DNA of 64,000 nucleotides, taken from positions 160,001 through 224,000 of the IMG/VR virus record IMGVR_UViG_3300010163_000001. The stretch is one strand, 5' to 3'. Each line of letters begins with the position of its first letter. The first letter of the stretch is position 1. The notes beneath the pieces were generated by a model, which was not told the origin of the DNA, did not search any database, and saw nothing but the letters and a program-made list of their open reading frames with translations. The DNA is from a virus. Its lineage: Duplodnaviria; Caudoviricetes. Shown here piece after piece: positions 19,078 to 28,255 of the stretch. A program made the position numbers and the translations under genes.

Positions 19078-20604
19078 CTACCGAGTCTCCACCCGAGAAT
19101 TTCGGGCTTTCAGAAAAACCAGGTTATCAATAGAAAGTTCATTCGTCATCTCGTTACCACATTTTGTACATTTTGATTTCAGTAAGAATGTTGGTTTGTA
19201 AATGAATGGCTCCAAGAACTTCGAGAGGATATCCAATTCCTCTTGTGGAAGAACTTGAAATGCATCGAATAATTCTTTGTACTCATCTTCAAAAATTTCA
19301 ACATATGAGTCAGATGTATTATCATAAATATACATCTTATGCACAAATGCCACCATAGCAGAAAGATAAACAATTGTTGGGTCTTCCTGATTAATAGCTT
19401 TATACATATCAATCATTACTCCAACAGTCGGATACGTAATGTCATACCGATTATGTGTAATTGGAGATTCAACCTGGATTGCTTTTGAATTCTCATCATA
19501 TCCTTTAATCAAGAAATTAGTGTCCTTACGGTTTTTCAGAATATCGTCAAACTTCTTCTTGAAATTATCAGGTAAGTCATTAACTGATAAGAATTCTTTT
19601 GTGTTATAACTTACGGTAAATGCCTGATCACATGAACGACAGGTTAATTCCAATTCTAAGTTTTCAGTAGAAGATGCAACTAAAATTGCATACATCGCCA
19701 TATCTAAATCATGATACGGGAATTTGTTAATAAAATCATTATATGTTAAGATGCATTTTCCTTCCTCGTCATACTTAACAAGATTTGTTCCTCCTGATAA
19801 CTGCGTATAAACGAGACTTGCCTTCTTAGAAATAACATCTTCTGGTTTATCATCTTCAAATTGTACTGCCTGTACCATTTGGATAATCTGAGCGCCCCTG
19901 AATCTTACATAATCATGCATAATTGGTAACGGAACACTATATTGTGAAAGGTTATTTTCCAGATTCTGCAAAATTGCAGACCTTTCTTTCTTACTAACCT
20001 TTTTAATTTTCATTGTAGGTAATTCCTGTTCTTCTACAACGTGAAGTTCAATAACTTTCACTTTAGAAAGCTTTTCCCTTTCCTCAGATGTGAATTCCAC
20101 ATTATCTACGTTCTTTTTGTCAATTTCTACAATACCTACTTTTGGATGTTTTTCCAAATAAGCATCATTTTCTTCTTTTCCACGTTTCTTCAATCTGCTT
20201 ATTGCAGCGGTATTTGCCTCTTCTAAGGAGAATCCCTGATGAATAATGAGATTCTTCCGGTATTTCTCAATTTCTTCACGGATTTTAGGATACGCTAAAA
20301 GTGCTTCTTCCATATCCAAATCTGGCATTTCTGCCTTTAAGTCATCGTCTGTTAATTCGAAATCTTCATAAAGCTCCTCTTCTGTAAGTTGCTCATCCTC
20401 TTCTAAGTCGGAATCATCCTCGTCATCTGTTCCAATAATGATAGCATCTTCTTCTTCATCTTCTTCGACAGGGGATTCAATATCTTCTACAGATTCTTCT
20501 ACTTCGGGGAGTTCATTTTTTGATTCTTCAACAACTTCTTTGCTTGCATGTTCCCTTCTTGTTCTTTCAGCAAGTTCTTTTAAGCTTTCACTCATTTTAT
20601 ACAT
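19078..20604 (-). CDS. putative baseplate hub / tail assembly chaperone (T4 gp26-like, two CxxC)
   Basis: LTCRSCD and KCTKCGN, DITYPTV; directly downstream of the gp25-like gene. Confidence 0.55.
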   Translation of the reverse strand: MYKMSESLKELAERTRREHASKEVVEESKNELPEVEESVEDIESPVEEDEEEDAIIIGTDDEDDSDLEEDEQLTEEELYEDFELTDDDLKAEMPDLDMEEALLAYPKIREEIEKYRKNLIIHQGFSLEEANTAAISRLKKRGKEENDAYLEKHPKVGIVEIDKKNVDNVEFTSEEREKLSKVKVIELHVVEEQELPTMKIKKVSKKERSAILQNLENNLSQYSVPLPIMHDYVRFRGAQIIQMVQAVQFEDDKPEDVISKKASLVYTQLSGGTNLVKYDEEGKCILTYNDFINKFPYHDLDMAMYAILVASSTENLELELTCRSCDQAFTVSYNTKEFLSVNDLPDNFKKKFDDILKNRKDTNFLIKGYDENSKAIQVESPITHNRYDITYPTVGVMIDMYKAINQEDPTIVYLSAMVAFVHKMYIYDNTSDSYVEIFEDEYKELFDAFQVLPQEELDILSKFLEPFIYKPTFLLKSKCTKCGNEMTNELSIDNLVFLKARNSRVETR

Positions 20605-20616
20605 TCCTCCTTATTT

Positions 20617-21036
20617 TTAAAAAACTACTTCAAAATTAATTAAATTTCGAGATTCTTCTGCTGCTACTACAGCAGTTTCATATTGATTATCATCGACTTG
20701 AAATTCCAATGATATTAGTAACACATTTCTACCAGGCAGAGAACTATCTGAATCAACACTAATACCTGTTAACGGGATATCTGGTAGATATGTCTGAACC
20801 TGGCTTTGTATAATATTTGTTATTTCTGAAGAAACGTCATCTATAAATGCATATTCAAATCTTTGCAATTCACAACCCATATCTGGATCAGATGGGTAGG
20901 TGCCTTTCCTCATAAATAGAAGTCTTGTTATGAGTTTTGACCATCCATTTATTTCAGATAATTCTGCTGGTTGATCAAAGCTGTTAACTCCTATAACAAG
21001 TTCTGATTTTTCAGCATTCATTTTAGATCTAGCCAT
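20617..21036 (-). CDS. baseplate wedge subunit, gp25/GPW-like
   Basis: LLFMRKGTYPSDPDMGCEL...IQSQVQTYLP signature. Confidence 0.8.
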   Translation of the reverse strand: MARSKMNAEKSELVIGVNSFDQPAELSEINGWSKLITRLLFMRKGTYPSDPDMGCELQRFEYAFIDDVSSEITNIIQSQVQTYLPDIPLTGISVDSDSSLPGRNVLLISLEFQVDDNQYETAVVAAEESRNLINFEVVF

Positions 21037-21145
21037 ACCATAATTCCACCTCCTGTGGGGTCTCAGATTATATTAAAGTTTTATTAATATTATTTTCATA
21101 GAAAAAAAAAGAACGGGTGGAAAAGTTTTCCACCCGTTATATCAA

Positions 21146-22771
21146 TCAATTGTGTTTTATTATTCTGTCTCCTTCTTCGTTCAATGTATGAATATTGTTG
21201 CTATTCCATATATCTCTAAATGTGCAAATAAGTCTTTCCTTATTATATGAGTCTGTTATTGCACACATTATTTCTACACGTTTTGAAATATTCCGGAGCA
21301 TTAAATCAGCAGATGATATAAAATACTTATCTCCAAATATATATATTCTGTCATGCTCCAAATACCTTCCGACTTTCGACTTAACTATTAAGTTTTGTTG
21401 TGAATTTATTCCACAACAAGTTCTACAAATAATCTTGATTTGTACACCATGTTTTGCAGCAATATACAACTTATTGATAATGGAATAGTCATATAAATTA
21501 TTGCATTTTATTAAAATGAGTCCTTTATCTCCCTTCTCAATTTCTTCATCAATAAATTTTAAAACCACAGGTCTGAATTCTAATGGCGCTGTCACTATCA
21601 TGGGAAATCTGCCTATCAAACTCTTTCCCATATACTTATATATTTTATTTTGAAATATCACGATTAATAAATCTAATACATGTTCTGTAATATCTTGATT
21701 TGCAGTAAATAGATGAAAATCAGTATATTGTTGCGCTGTATCTTCATTGTAATTTCCAGTTCCTATATGGGCATATTTTTTGAATCTTTTGCCCACTGCA
21801 CAACATGCTTTGCAATGCACTTTATACCCAATATAACTAACCTTCACCTTAATGTTGTGCTGTTGTAATTCTTTCACCACTTCTAAATTATGCTCTTCAT
21901 CTCCTCTTGCAGTTAATTCAACAAATACAAATACGTCTTTGCCGTTTTTTGCTGCATTAATTAAACTTTTTACAACTTTACTATTTTTAGCTGTTCTGTA
22001 TAATGTGATAAATATGGATTGAATTTCATCGGATGTAGACATTTCGTCAATAAATTTCAATACATAATCAAATGATTGAAATGGTGTACGAATTAAAATA
22101 TCTTCAGTTAAAAGTTTATCCGAGTATTTCCAATCTCCGGGTTTACTGATATTTTGTTCTGGATAATAACATATGGGGTCATCAAATTTTTCTCTGTATA
22201 TATCATAATATTTATCAAGTAATAATACGCTTGGCGGAGTAAAAATTATTTCATTAACCTCTACAGGTGGAAGACTTGGATATAATTGAACTCCGGGATA
22301 TGGTTCTTCAATAATACTAAGGACTGAATACTCAGAGTCGGCTTTTCTTTTTTCAATACAAAACTCAAGTTCATCAATTACTACAGAATCAGGGTCACCA
22401 GTATTAACGTATGGATTTATCATAACTGGAACTAATTCTGTTTTTATTTCCTCTTCAATAGGAGGAATTGAATATTTTTCATTTAAAAAATCTATAGCTT
22501 CGCCAAGTTCTACCAAAAGGGTTTGTATTGCTTTGATATTGTTTTGATATTCCTCGTGTATCTTTATCAAGGGAAGTTTATATGAGATATACTCCCTGAT
22601 ATTAGACTTAATGATCTTTAGAAAATTAATTTTTTCCATAATAGGGGTTTCGTCAAAATACACGATATCCAAAATTCTCCTTTGAAAATCATGTATGCAC
22701 ATACTTCTTTCATTTAACATTTCCCGGGGCTTTATCAGTTCTTGTGTTGCTTCAACATAATCAAAATTCAT
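21146..22771 (-). CDS. ppk1: polyphosphate kinase 1 (shortened)
   Basis: ITLYRTA..S, VELTARGDEEHN, KVHCK, YAHIGTGNYN, GRYLEHDRI, SSADLMLRNISKRVE. Confidence 0.9.
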   Translation of the reverse strand: MNFDYVEATQELIKPREMLNERSMCIHDFQRRILDIVYFDETPIMEKINFLKIIKSNIREYISYKLPLIKIHEEYQNNIKAIQTLLVELGEAIDFLNEKYSIPPIEEEIKTELVPVMINPYVNTGDPDSVVIDELEFCIEKRKADSEYSVLSIIEEPYPGVQLYPSLPPVEVNEIIFTPPSVLLLDKYYDIYREKFDDPICYYPEQNISKPGDWKYSDKLLTEDILIRTPFQSFDYVLKFIDEMSTSDEIQSIFITLYRTAKNSKVVKSLINAAKNGKDVFVFVELTARGDEEHNLEVVKELQQHNIKVKVSYIGYKVHCKACCAVGKRFKKYAHIGTGNYNEDTAQQYTDFHLFTANQDITEHVLDLLIVIFQNKIYKYMGKSLIGRFPMIVTAPLEFRPVVLKFIDEEIEKGDKGLILIKCNNLYDYSIINKLYIAAKHGVQIKIICRTCCGINSQQNLIVKSKVGRYLEHDRIYIFGDKYFISSADLMLRNISKRVEIMCAITDSYNKERLICTFRDIWNSNNIHTLNEEGDRIIKHN

Positions 22772-22942
22772 TTTTTGAATCCTCCTTTGTGATTTATTTA
22801 TTGCTATATAAATAATATATTTTCTTTTTTCGGATTCAAAAAAAAGAGAGGGAATTCAAAAAGAATTCCCTCTCTTAAAAACTGTTCTACACATCACCAT
22901 ACGTAGCCATTACTTTACCAAATAGATTTTTTATATAATAAA

Positions 22943-23395
22943 TTAATTTAAATCTTTAATCTTCCTCCATTCTTGATATTTCGATTCAAACATTACACGT
23001 TGAAAAATATCTGCTAATTTTTTTATTTCTGGAAATCTTAATATTCCAAAACATATGTCTCCTTGGTCTTCCTTTAAGTCAGGACCAATGATTATATTTG
23101 CAATGGTTCCTTTTAAAATTCCTGCAGGTTCAATATTACCAATCATTTCTTCGGCATATAAATTAATATCTTCTCCGTCATAAAAAATAGACATGCTGTC
23201 GGTGAGAAGTCCATACCTAATGTTCCTATCCAAGAGATCAAGTTCGCATTGACCTTCGTCGCTTACATCATCATAACATAATGATTCTCGAAACGACAAT
23301 CCCAATGTTTGTCCCTTTCCATTTTTAAATAACACGAACTTTTCTTCATTAAAGACAGTTTCTTGAATTAAAACCTCTGATACAGTATCCCTCAT
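22943..23395 (-). CDS. hypothetical protein (150 aa)
   Basis: AAGGAG SD; early-type motif variant at 23424-23436. Confidence 0.75.
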   Translation of the reverse strand: MRDTVSEVLIQETVFNEEKFVLFKNGKGQTLGLSFRESLCYDDVSDEGQCELDLLDRNIRYGLLTDSMSIFYDGEDINLYAEEMIGNIEPAGILKGTIANIIIGPDLKEDQGDICFGILRFPEIKKLADIFQRVMFESKYQEWRKIKDLN

Positions 23396-23443
23396 ACTTA
23401 TTTCTCCTTTCTTTTATTCAGAGAAATAATATGTGAATTAAAT

Positions 23444-24727
23444 TCATAATTTGCTTTTATCATTCTTTGCAGATTCATGAATTTTAATAATTTCTTCTTG
23501 GAATAAATTATTATTTATATAAATAATAATACAATAAGTTGCCTTATCATCTGCATCTTCTATAACCAATTCTAGTTTATTCCATTTGATATAAAATCCT
23601 GAAGCTAATTCCACCCCGTCTTTTGTAAGAATAGGATTGATTAATGTCTCCATTGGAATATTATTTGCATAATATTCATTAATTACTTCAATATATTCCC
23701 GCTCAAATAAGTCATTTAAATCTAAAGTATCTATTAAAGTATTTTTATCCGCATCTGTTTGAAATCGGGAAGAAACGTATAACAAAAATCCATTTCGTAT
23801 TTGTGTATATCGAGAGTAAAAGTTATTAATCGTGTATAAAGGAATGATATCATGAGAATTATTTGGTCCCTGAGAATCTAATGCAACACATATTTTTTTT
23901 GGTTTCGGCTTTTCGCCTGCTAATATAAACATACCAGGTAGATTAAAATCTACTGTAGCATGAAATGTTATTTGGTAGAAGTCATCTGCGAATCCTTTCC
24001 GGCTTACTTGCTCGGGATTTAAATCAGAGAGATAAATCATTACATTTGTTGTATAATACATAAAGAACTCATCCAAAGATGTCCCATTTCTCATTTTATA
24101 AGTAATCGGATAAGAAGCACATCTATTCAATGCCTTTAAAATAATCGGTACTTGATTTGCGTTTTTATTTGTAATATCTATGTTTGATAATAATCCAGCA
24201 TGATATATGAGTTGCTTTGGGATCATGGCTTCTAAAGATGCCTTTAATGCAAATTCTCGCTCCCATAAAAAGTGATTTAACATATATTTCCATAAGTCAA
24301 TTTGTTGTATATGCGTACTAACTGTAACGACACAATCAAATTCAATTCTGTCTCTATTTAATTTATAAGACAATGTATATCCATCATCTATGTTTTTTAA
24401 AAAAGGAAAAAGCGTACCACCATTTAATCCCATTTCCATATAATCAAAATTTGATGTCAATGGAGTATTATATAAAAATAAATCGCTATTCGGTGGTTGA
24501 ATTTGTGGATTTATTGTTAAGAATGGTTTTTCTAACTTACTCATTTCTCTAAGTTCGTTTCTTCCAATACGCCTTTTCATATTTACATATGCAATTTCAG
24601 ATGAAATAAATACATCTGTAAACTTATTTGCTCCAAACATTAATAAAAGTTTTTCTTTAAAAAAAGTCATTATATTTCCATACGTTGTACTTGCGGATGA
24701 TGATGCGATATCATATATATTTTCCAT
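23444..24727 (-). CDS. putative virion structural protein (427 aa)
   Basis: Long ORF preceded by AACA-N6-TA; function inferred from promoter class only. Confidence 0.5.
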   Translation of the reverse strand: MENIYDIASSSASTTYGNIMTFFKEKLLLMFGANKFTDVFISSEIAYVNMKRRIGRNELREMSKLEKPFLTINPQIQPPNSDLFLYNTPLTSNFDYMEMGLNGGTLFPFLKNIDDGYTLSYKLNRDRIEFDCVVTVSTHIQQIDLWKYMLNHFLWEREFALKASLEAMIPKQLIYHAGLLSNIDITNKNANQVPIILKALNRCASYPITYKMRNGTSLDEFFMYYTTNVMIYLSDLNPEQVSRKGFADDFYQITFHATVDFNLPGMFILAGEKPKPKKICVALDSQGPNNSHDIIPLYTINNFYSRYTQIRNGFLLYVSSRFQTDADKNTLIDTLDLNDLFEREYIEVINEYYANNIPMETLINPILTKDGVELASGFYIKWNKLELVIEDADDKATYCIIIYINNNLFQEEIIKIHESAKNDKSKL

Positions 24728-24821
24728 AGTATTCCCATCCTTCCTAAATATTTTTATATAGATGTTGATCTAGTCGTTACATCGTGATTATTATAAAAAA
24801 ATAACAAATTTAACATTTAAT

Positions 24822-24985
24822 TAAAGCATTGATGAAAACGTCACTGCTTTACAGGGTTAAAACATAAACCTAATAATACATTTTTGCCTATTTTTATGTA
24901 ATAAAAAACCTCGGTTAGCTTCTTTCTGTTATTTTATTAGGAGAACTTAAGGACGAAATCTCCAGAACTAACAGAAAGAAGCTAA
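24822..24985. ncRNA. candidate structured ncRNA
   Basis: Hairpin 24822-24851 begins at an AACA-N6-TA motif (24812-24823); 17-bp IR 24915-24931/24969-24985 with inner GGAGA/TCTCC stem. Confidence 0.3.
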
Positions 24986-25014
24986 TATCCTTTGAATTGA
25001 AGATAATAAAAAGT

Positions 25015-25096
25015 ATGGGGTAGGGGGAGTCGAACCCCCAACCTCAACATATGTTTCTATTCATAGTTGCGTTCTACCAATTGTCACTATACCCTG
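25015..25096 (-). tRNA. atypical tRNA-like element, anticodon unassignable
   Basis: T arm GGGGG-TTCGACT-CCCCC, D-loop AATTGGTAGAAC, acceptor GGGTA/TACCC; anticodon arm enlarged; no encoded CCA. Confidence 0.6.
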
Positions 25097-25196
25097 TACT
25101 TTTAAAATCTTTTCTTTTGTGTTGTACTTTAAGTAGTTCTTCTTATGTACAATAAAAAAATATATTTCTAAAAAAATTAAAGATACGGAGTCCTGA

Positions 25197-25913
25197 TCAG
25201 GACTCCGTATCTTCTTTCCCCTTATCAGGGTTCATTTCCAAGACATTATTAAATCCAGGATATATATTAAGTTCTTTTAATATGATATCTCCAGATTTTT
25301 CAAGAAATGCATCTGCAGAAAATTTAAAAGTGTGAGGTGAATGAATCAACTTATGTAATTCAATTCTACGCGTAATATTATTAAACCATGTTTGATAACA
25401 TAATGTTAGCCTCAACCGATCTCCTGCGTTATTTAATGTAGATTCATCTTCCGGTTCAATATAGTTTTTAATAGTAGCCAATATGACAGTTAAATCAAAG
25501 CCATAAAATAAAGCATAAACAATGGCTTCCATTTCTTTTATGTTTCCTACAAAATTATTTTTGTTTACGTATATCTTCGTATCCCATCCGATTGCTTGAT
25601 TTAACTTTTCACTAAGAAAGCCATTATAACATTCACTAATGCACATCTTGTTTTTTCCATCTAAAATAAGTTTCTTTCTGAGCAGATCTATATCTTTAAT
25701 TTTCCAGAATTCATTATCTGCATTTTCTACCACTTTGATACATGGGATAACTTCTATGACTGCTTCTTTGAATTCTTTCTCACACAATTTAAAGAGTGGA
25801 TCTGATGTAGAAATGTCTCTTTTTGGAATATCTTTAACGATTGAGAGATATTCCATTAGTTCATCAAAAGCTATTGTAATCATGGATATTGATAAATTCT
25901 CAAGGTCACACAT
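25197..25913 (-). CDS. hypothetical protein (238 aa)
   Basis: ORF; its last codons form one arm of the 34-bp palindrome 25180-25213. Confidence 0.75.
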   Translation of the reverse strand: MCDLENLSISMITIAFDELMEYLSIVKDIPKRDISTSDPLFKLCEKEFKEAVIEVIPCIKVVENADNEFWKIKDIDLLRKKLILDGKNKMCISECYNGFLSEKLNQAIGWDTKIYVNKNNFVGNIKEMEAIVYALFYGFDLTVILATIKNYIEPEDESTLNNAGDRLRLTLCYQTWFNNITRRIELHKLIHSPHTFKFSADAFLEKSGDIILKELNIYPGFNNVLEMNPDKGKEDTES

Positions 25914-25928
25914 ATTTTGTTATTCACC

Positions 25929-26666
25929 TCATTTGTTTTCTTCACTTTCGCATTTAGCACCTTCCGCCAGTAATGGTTCTATCTCAGAGATAATTTTCTT
26001 GTGTATTTCTGGTATAGGAAGTAAATTTTTCTTATCATCTTCACATGATATAATTATCATATCCATGATATCTGCAATCTTTAATCCAAACTTCCTTGTT
26101 TTCTTCAGAAATTTCTCATTTCTTTCATTTTTATCTAACTTATTTCGATTTTTAATTAGAGTATTTGCATTCTTATTACTCATATGCAAATAAATCTCTT
26201 TTGATGGATTTGGAAGATCAAATATTCCGTATTCTAAGCCGACAACCTGTTCTAAGAAATATAAACGGTTTTTCTTAGGTAATCTCCATCCATTACTAAT
26301 TACATTGGATGAAACATATCGATCCATAACGATCCAGATTCCTTGCTCAAGTTTTTCTTTTATATTTAACTTTCGAATTGTCACGAGTCTATCAAAAGCA
26401 AACAATGCTGATATCTCCAATGGTTCTAACTCTCCCATCTCATCATTTAGGTATTTTTCTACTGGAAGAGCTTGTGGCTCTCCGTAAGATGGGAATGAAA
26501 TTAACTCATTTTTAATACCATTAGCTGTCAAATACTCAGACAACATTTTTGATTGTTCTGCTTTTCCTACGCCGTCGCAACCTTCAATTACAATTAACTT
26601 TCCTTTCATTTTCTTTTCACATTTTTCTTTTAACTGATCATTGCACTTATTGCATTCACTAGACAT
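25929..26666 (-). CDS. tmk: thymidylate kinase family deoxynucleotide monophosphate kinase
   Basis: LIVIEGCDGVGKAEQ P-loop, ISFP, LFAFDR, VMDRYVSSN; start moved to ATG 26666 after GGAGG. Confidence 0.9.
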   Translation of the reverse strand: MSSECNKCNDQLKEKCEKKMKGKLIVIEGCDGVGKAEQSKMLSEYLTANGIKNELISFPSYGEPQALPVEKYLNDEMGELEPLEISALFAFDRLVTIRKLNIKEKLEQGIWIVMDRYVSSNVISNGWRLPKKNRLYFLEQVVGLEYGIFDLPNPSKEIYLHMSNKNANTLIKNRNKLDKNERNEKFLKKTRKFGLKIADIMDMIIISCEDDKKNLLPIPEIHKKIISEIEPLLAEGAKCESEENK

Positions 26667-26854
26667 AATCCTAAACCTCCGTATAGTAATATGTTGAATA
26701 AATATACGATCCAATCACTTGCATCACACATTATATCCTTTACTTTTTCTGTTATTTTATTATCCATACAAGTAAGTATGAGTATTAGAAGGAACAGGAT
26801 AATTCCTGCTCCCTCCCATAATTTGCTTATGATTTCCCAGATGTGTGAAATCAT
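26630..26854 (-). CDS. small membrane protein (2 TM)
   Basis: Two hydrophobic helices; GAGG SD. Confidence 0.6.
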   Translation of the reverse strand: MISHIWEIISKLWEGAGIILFLLILILTCMDNKITEKVKDIMCDASDWIVYLFNILLYGGLGLCLVNAISAMIS

Positions 26855-27135
26855 TTTTTGTCCTCTTCCTTCATCTTGCTGACTTCAGATTCAACTTCTG
26901 CAATTCCCTTAGAGATGTCATTTTCATCAGATTCACTCGATTTCTTTTTCTTCTTTTTCCCTTTCTTTTCAGACAGAATAATTGTCATATCCTTCTCAAT
27001 TTCTTCGACTTTGTAATCATCGTATTCCTCTGGAACCTTACTCATAGAATCATACTTTTTAGATGATTCTCCGACAACTCTGATGGATGGCGCTGTCTGA
27101 TCGTTCATTTTTTCTTTCAACTTTTTAAATTTCAT
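26851..27135 (-). CDS. charged hypothetical protein (94 aa)
   Basis: GGAGG SD; overlapping operon arrangement. Confidence 0.7.
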   Translation of the reverse strand: MKFKKLKEKMNDQTAPSIRVVGESSKKYDSMSKVPEEYDDYKVEEIEKDMTIILSEKKGKKKKKKSSESDENDISKGIAEVESEVSKMKEEDKK

Positions 27136-27463
27136 TTTTATTATCCTCCATATACATTTTTTTTATTATATCATCTGTAACTACGGGATTAACTTTTTCA
27201 TCATCTGTAATTTTTATTCCACAACACTCGTAAATAACTTTTCGCATAAGTTCACTTGTATGGAAATCTACATCAGTATCTGATTTGATGTAGATTTTTG
27301 ATACATCCATATTTAAAATAAATAATTTATATCCAGCTAAGACATTGTCCAATACATCTAATGCTTCTTTAGTTTTTCCGTCTATTATAAGTTTAGCGGC
27401 GTCATTTTCCATTTTTTGAAGAATACATAATGATCCTAACGTTCTTCCTTTATCTTCTCGCAT
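27125..27463 (-). CDS. hypothetical protein (112 aa)
   Basis: GAGGAGG SD. Confidence 0.7.
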   Translation of the reverse strand: MREDKGRTLGSLCILQKMENDAAKLIIDGKTKEALDVLDNVLAGYKLFILNMDVSKIYIKSDTDVDFHTSELMRKVIYECCGIKITDDEKVNPVVTDDIIKKMYMEDNKNEI

Positions 27464-27475
27464 TGTTAATTCCTC

Positions 27476-28255
27476 CTATATAATTATTTTTATAATTGGT
27501 AAAATGATGTTTTTATAGTTATATTCAATATTCACTTTTTCTAACATTCGATCATCAATATTTTCTGCCATTATTTCAGAATTCATAAATTGATATCGAA
27601 ATTTACTTTCTATATTAAATTCTCTGTAATAATCAAAGTCTAATTCTTTCCTTTTATATAAATTGACAAATTCGTGTAAGAATTTACTAAGTTCTCTTAA
27701 ATTCATTCTACTTTTCTCTGCAATATCTACTACATATAGAATGAAATTCAAGATACCATTTCTGTGAAGATTAATCAATTTTGTTCTGACACTTTTATCA
27801 CTGGAAAGACCTTTGATATCAAAATCATCTCCTTTCTTAAAATAAAATTCAAATGGCTTGATATATAAAAATGCATGATATTCATTCTTTGGGACAAATT
27901 TGATAAATTCACCAAATTCCGACTTTATTACATGATGATTAATCACGAAACACGCATCTTTCTTGATACTTATAATATCTAAATCTCTATCAATACCATT
28001 CTCATCCATAAATTGATTCATACTGTCGGTAAATGCCTTCTCCAAATTTCTTGATAATATTTTATCTCTGATTTGCATTTTTCCGATTTTAATATCACAT
28101 TCAGATTTAGACAGCTTTTCTAATGTATCTATTTCTTCTTGACTTAAGAGCCGATATTCTTTTATTAAACTTAAACCAGCTCTTTTCATATCCCATTCTG
28201 TGATAATAGAATTCACTTCAAATGGTCTTCCTGTATTTAGTAAATTAATTGAAAT
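27476..28255 (-). CDS. putative DNA-polymerase palm-like protein of jumbo phages; probable ATT start
   Basis: ITEWDMKRAGLS (motif-A-like) and IISIKKDACFV (motif-C-like); AAGGAGG SD 7 nt before in-frame ATT 28255. Confidence 0.5.
   Translation of the reverse strand: MSINLLNTGRPFEVNSIITEWDMKRAGLSLIKEYRLLSQEEIDTLEKLSKSECDIKIGKMQIRDKILSRNLEKAFTDSMNQFMDENGIDRDLDIISIKKDACFVINHHVIKSEFGEFIKFVPKNEYHAFLYIKPFEFYFKKGDDFDIKGLSSDKSVRTKLINLHRNGILNFILYVVDIAEKSRMNLRELSKFLHEFVNLYKRKELDFDYYREFNIESKFRYQFMNSEIMAENIDDRMLEKVNIEYNYKNIILPIIKIII

Noticed and set aside
24930-24970. Hammerhead ribozyme (GGACGAAA)
   Set aside because: No correctly placed CTGANGA core on that strand.
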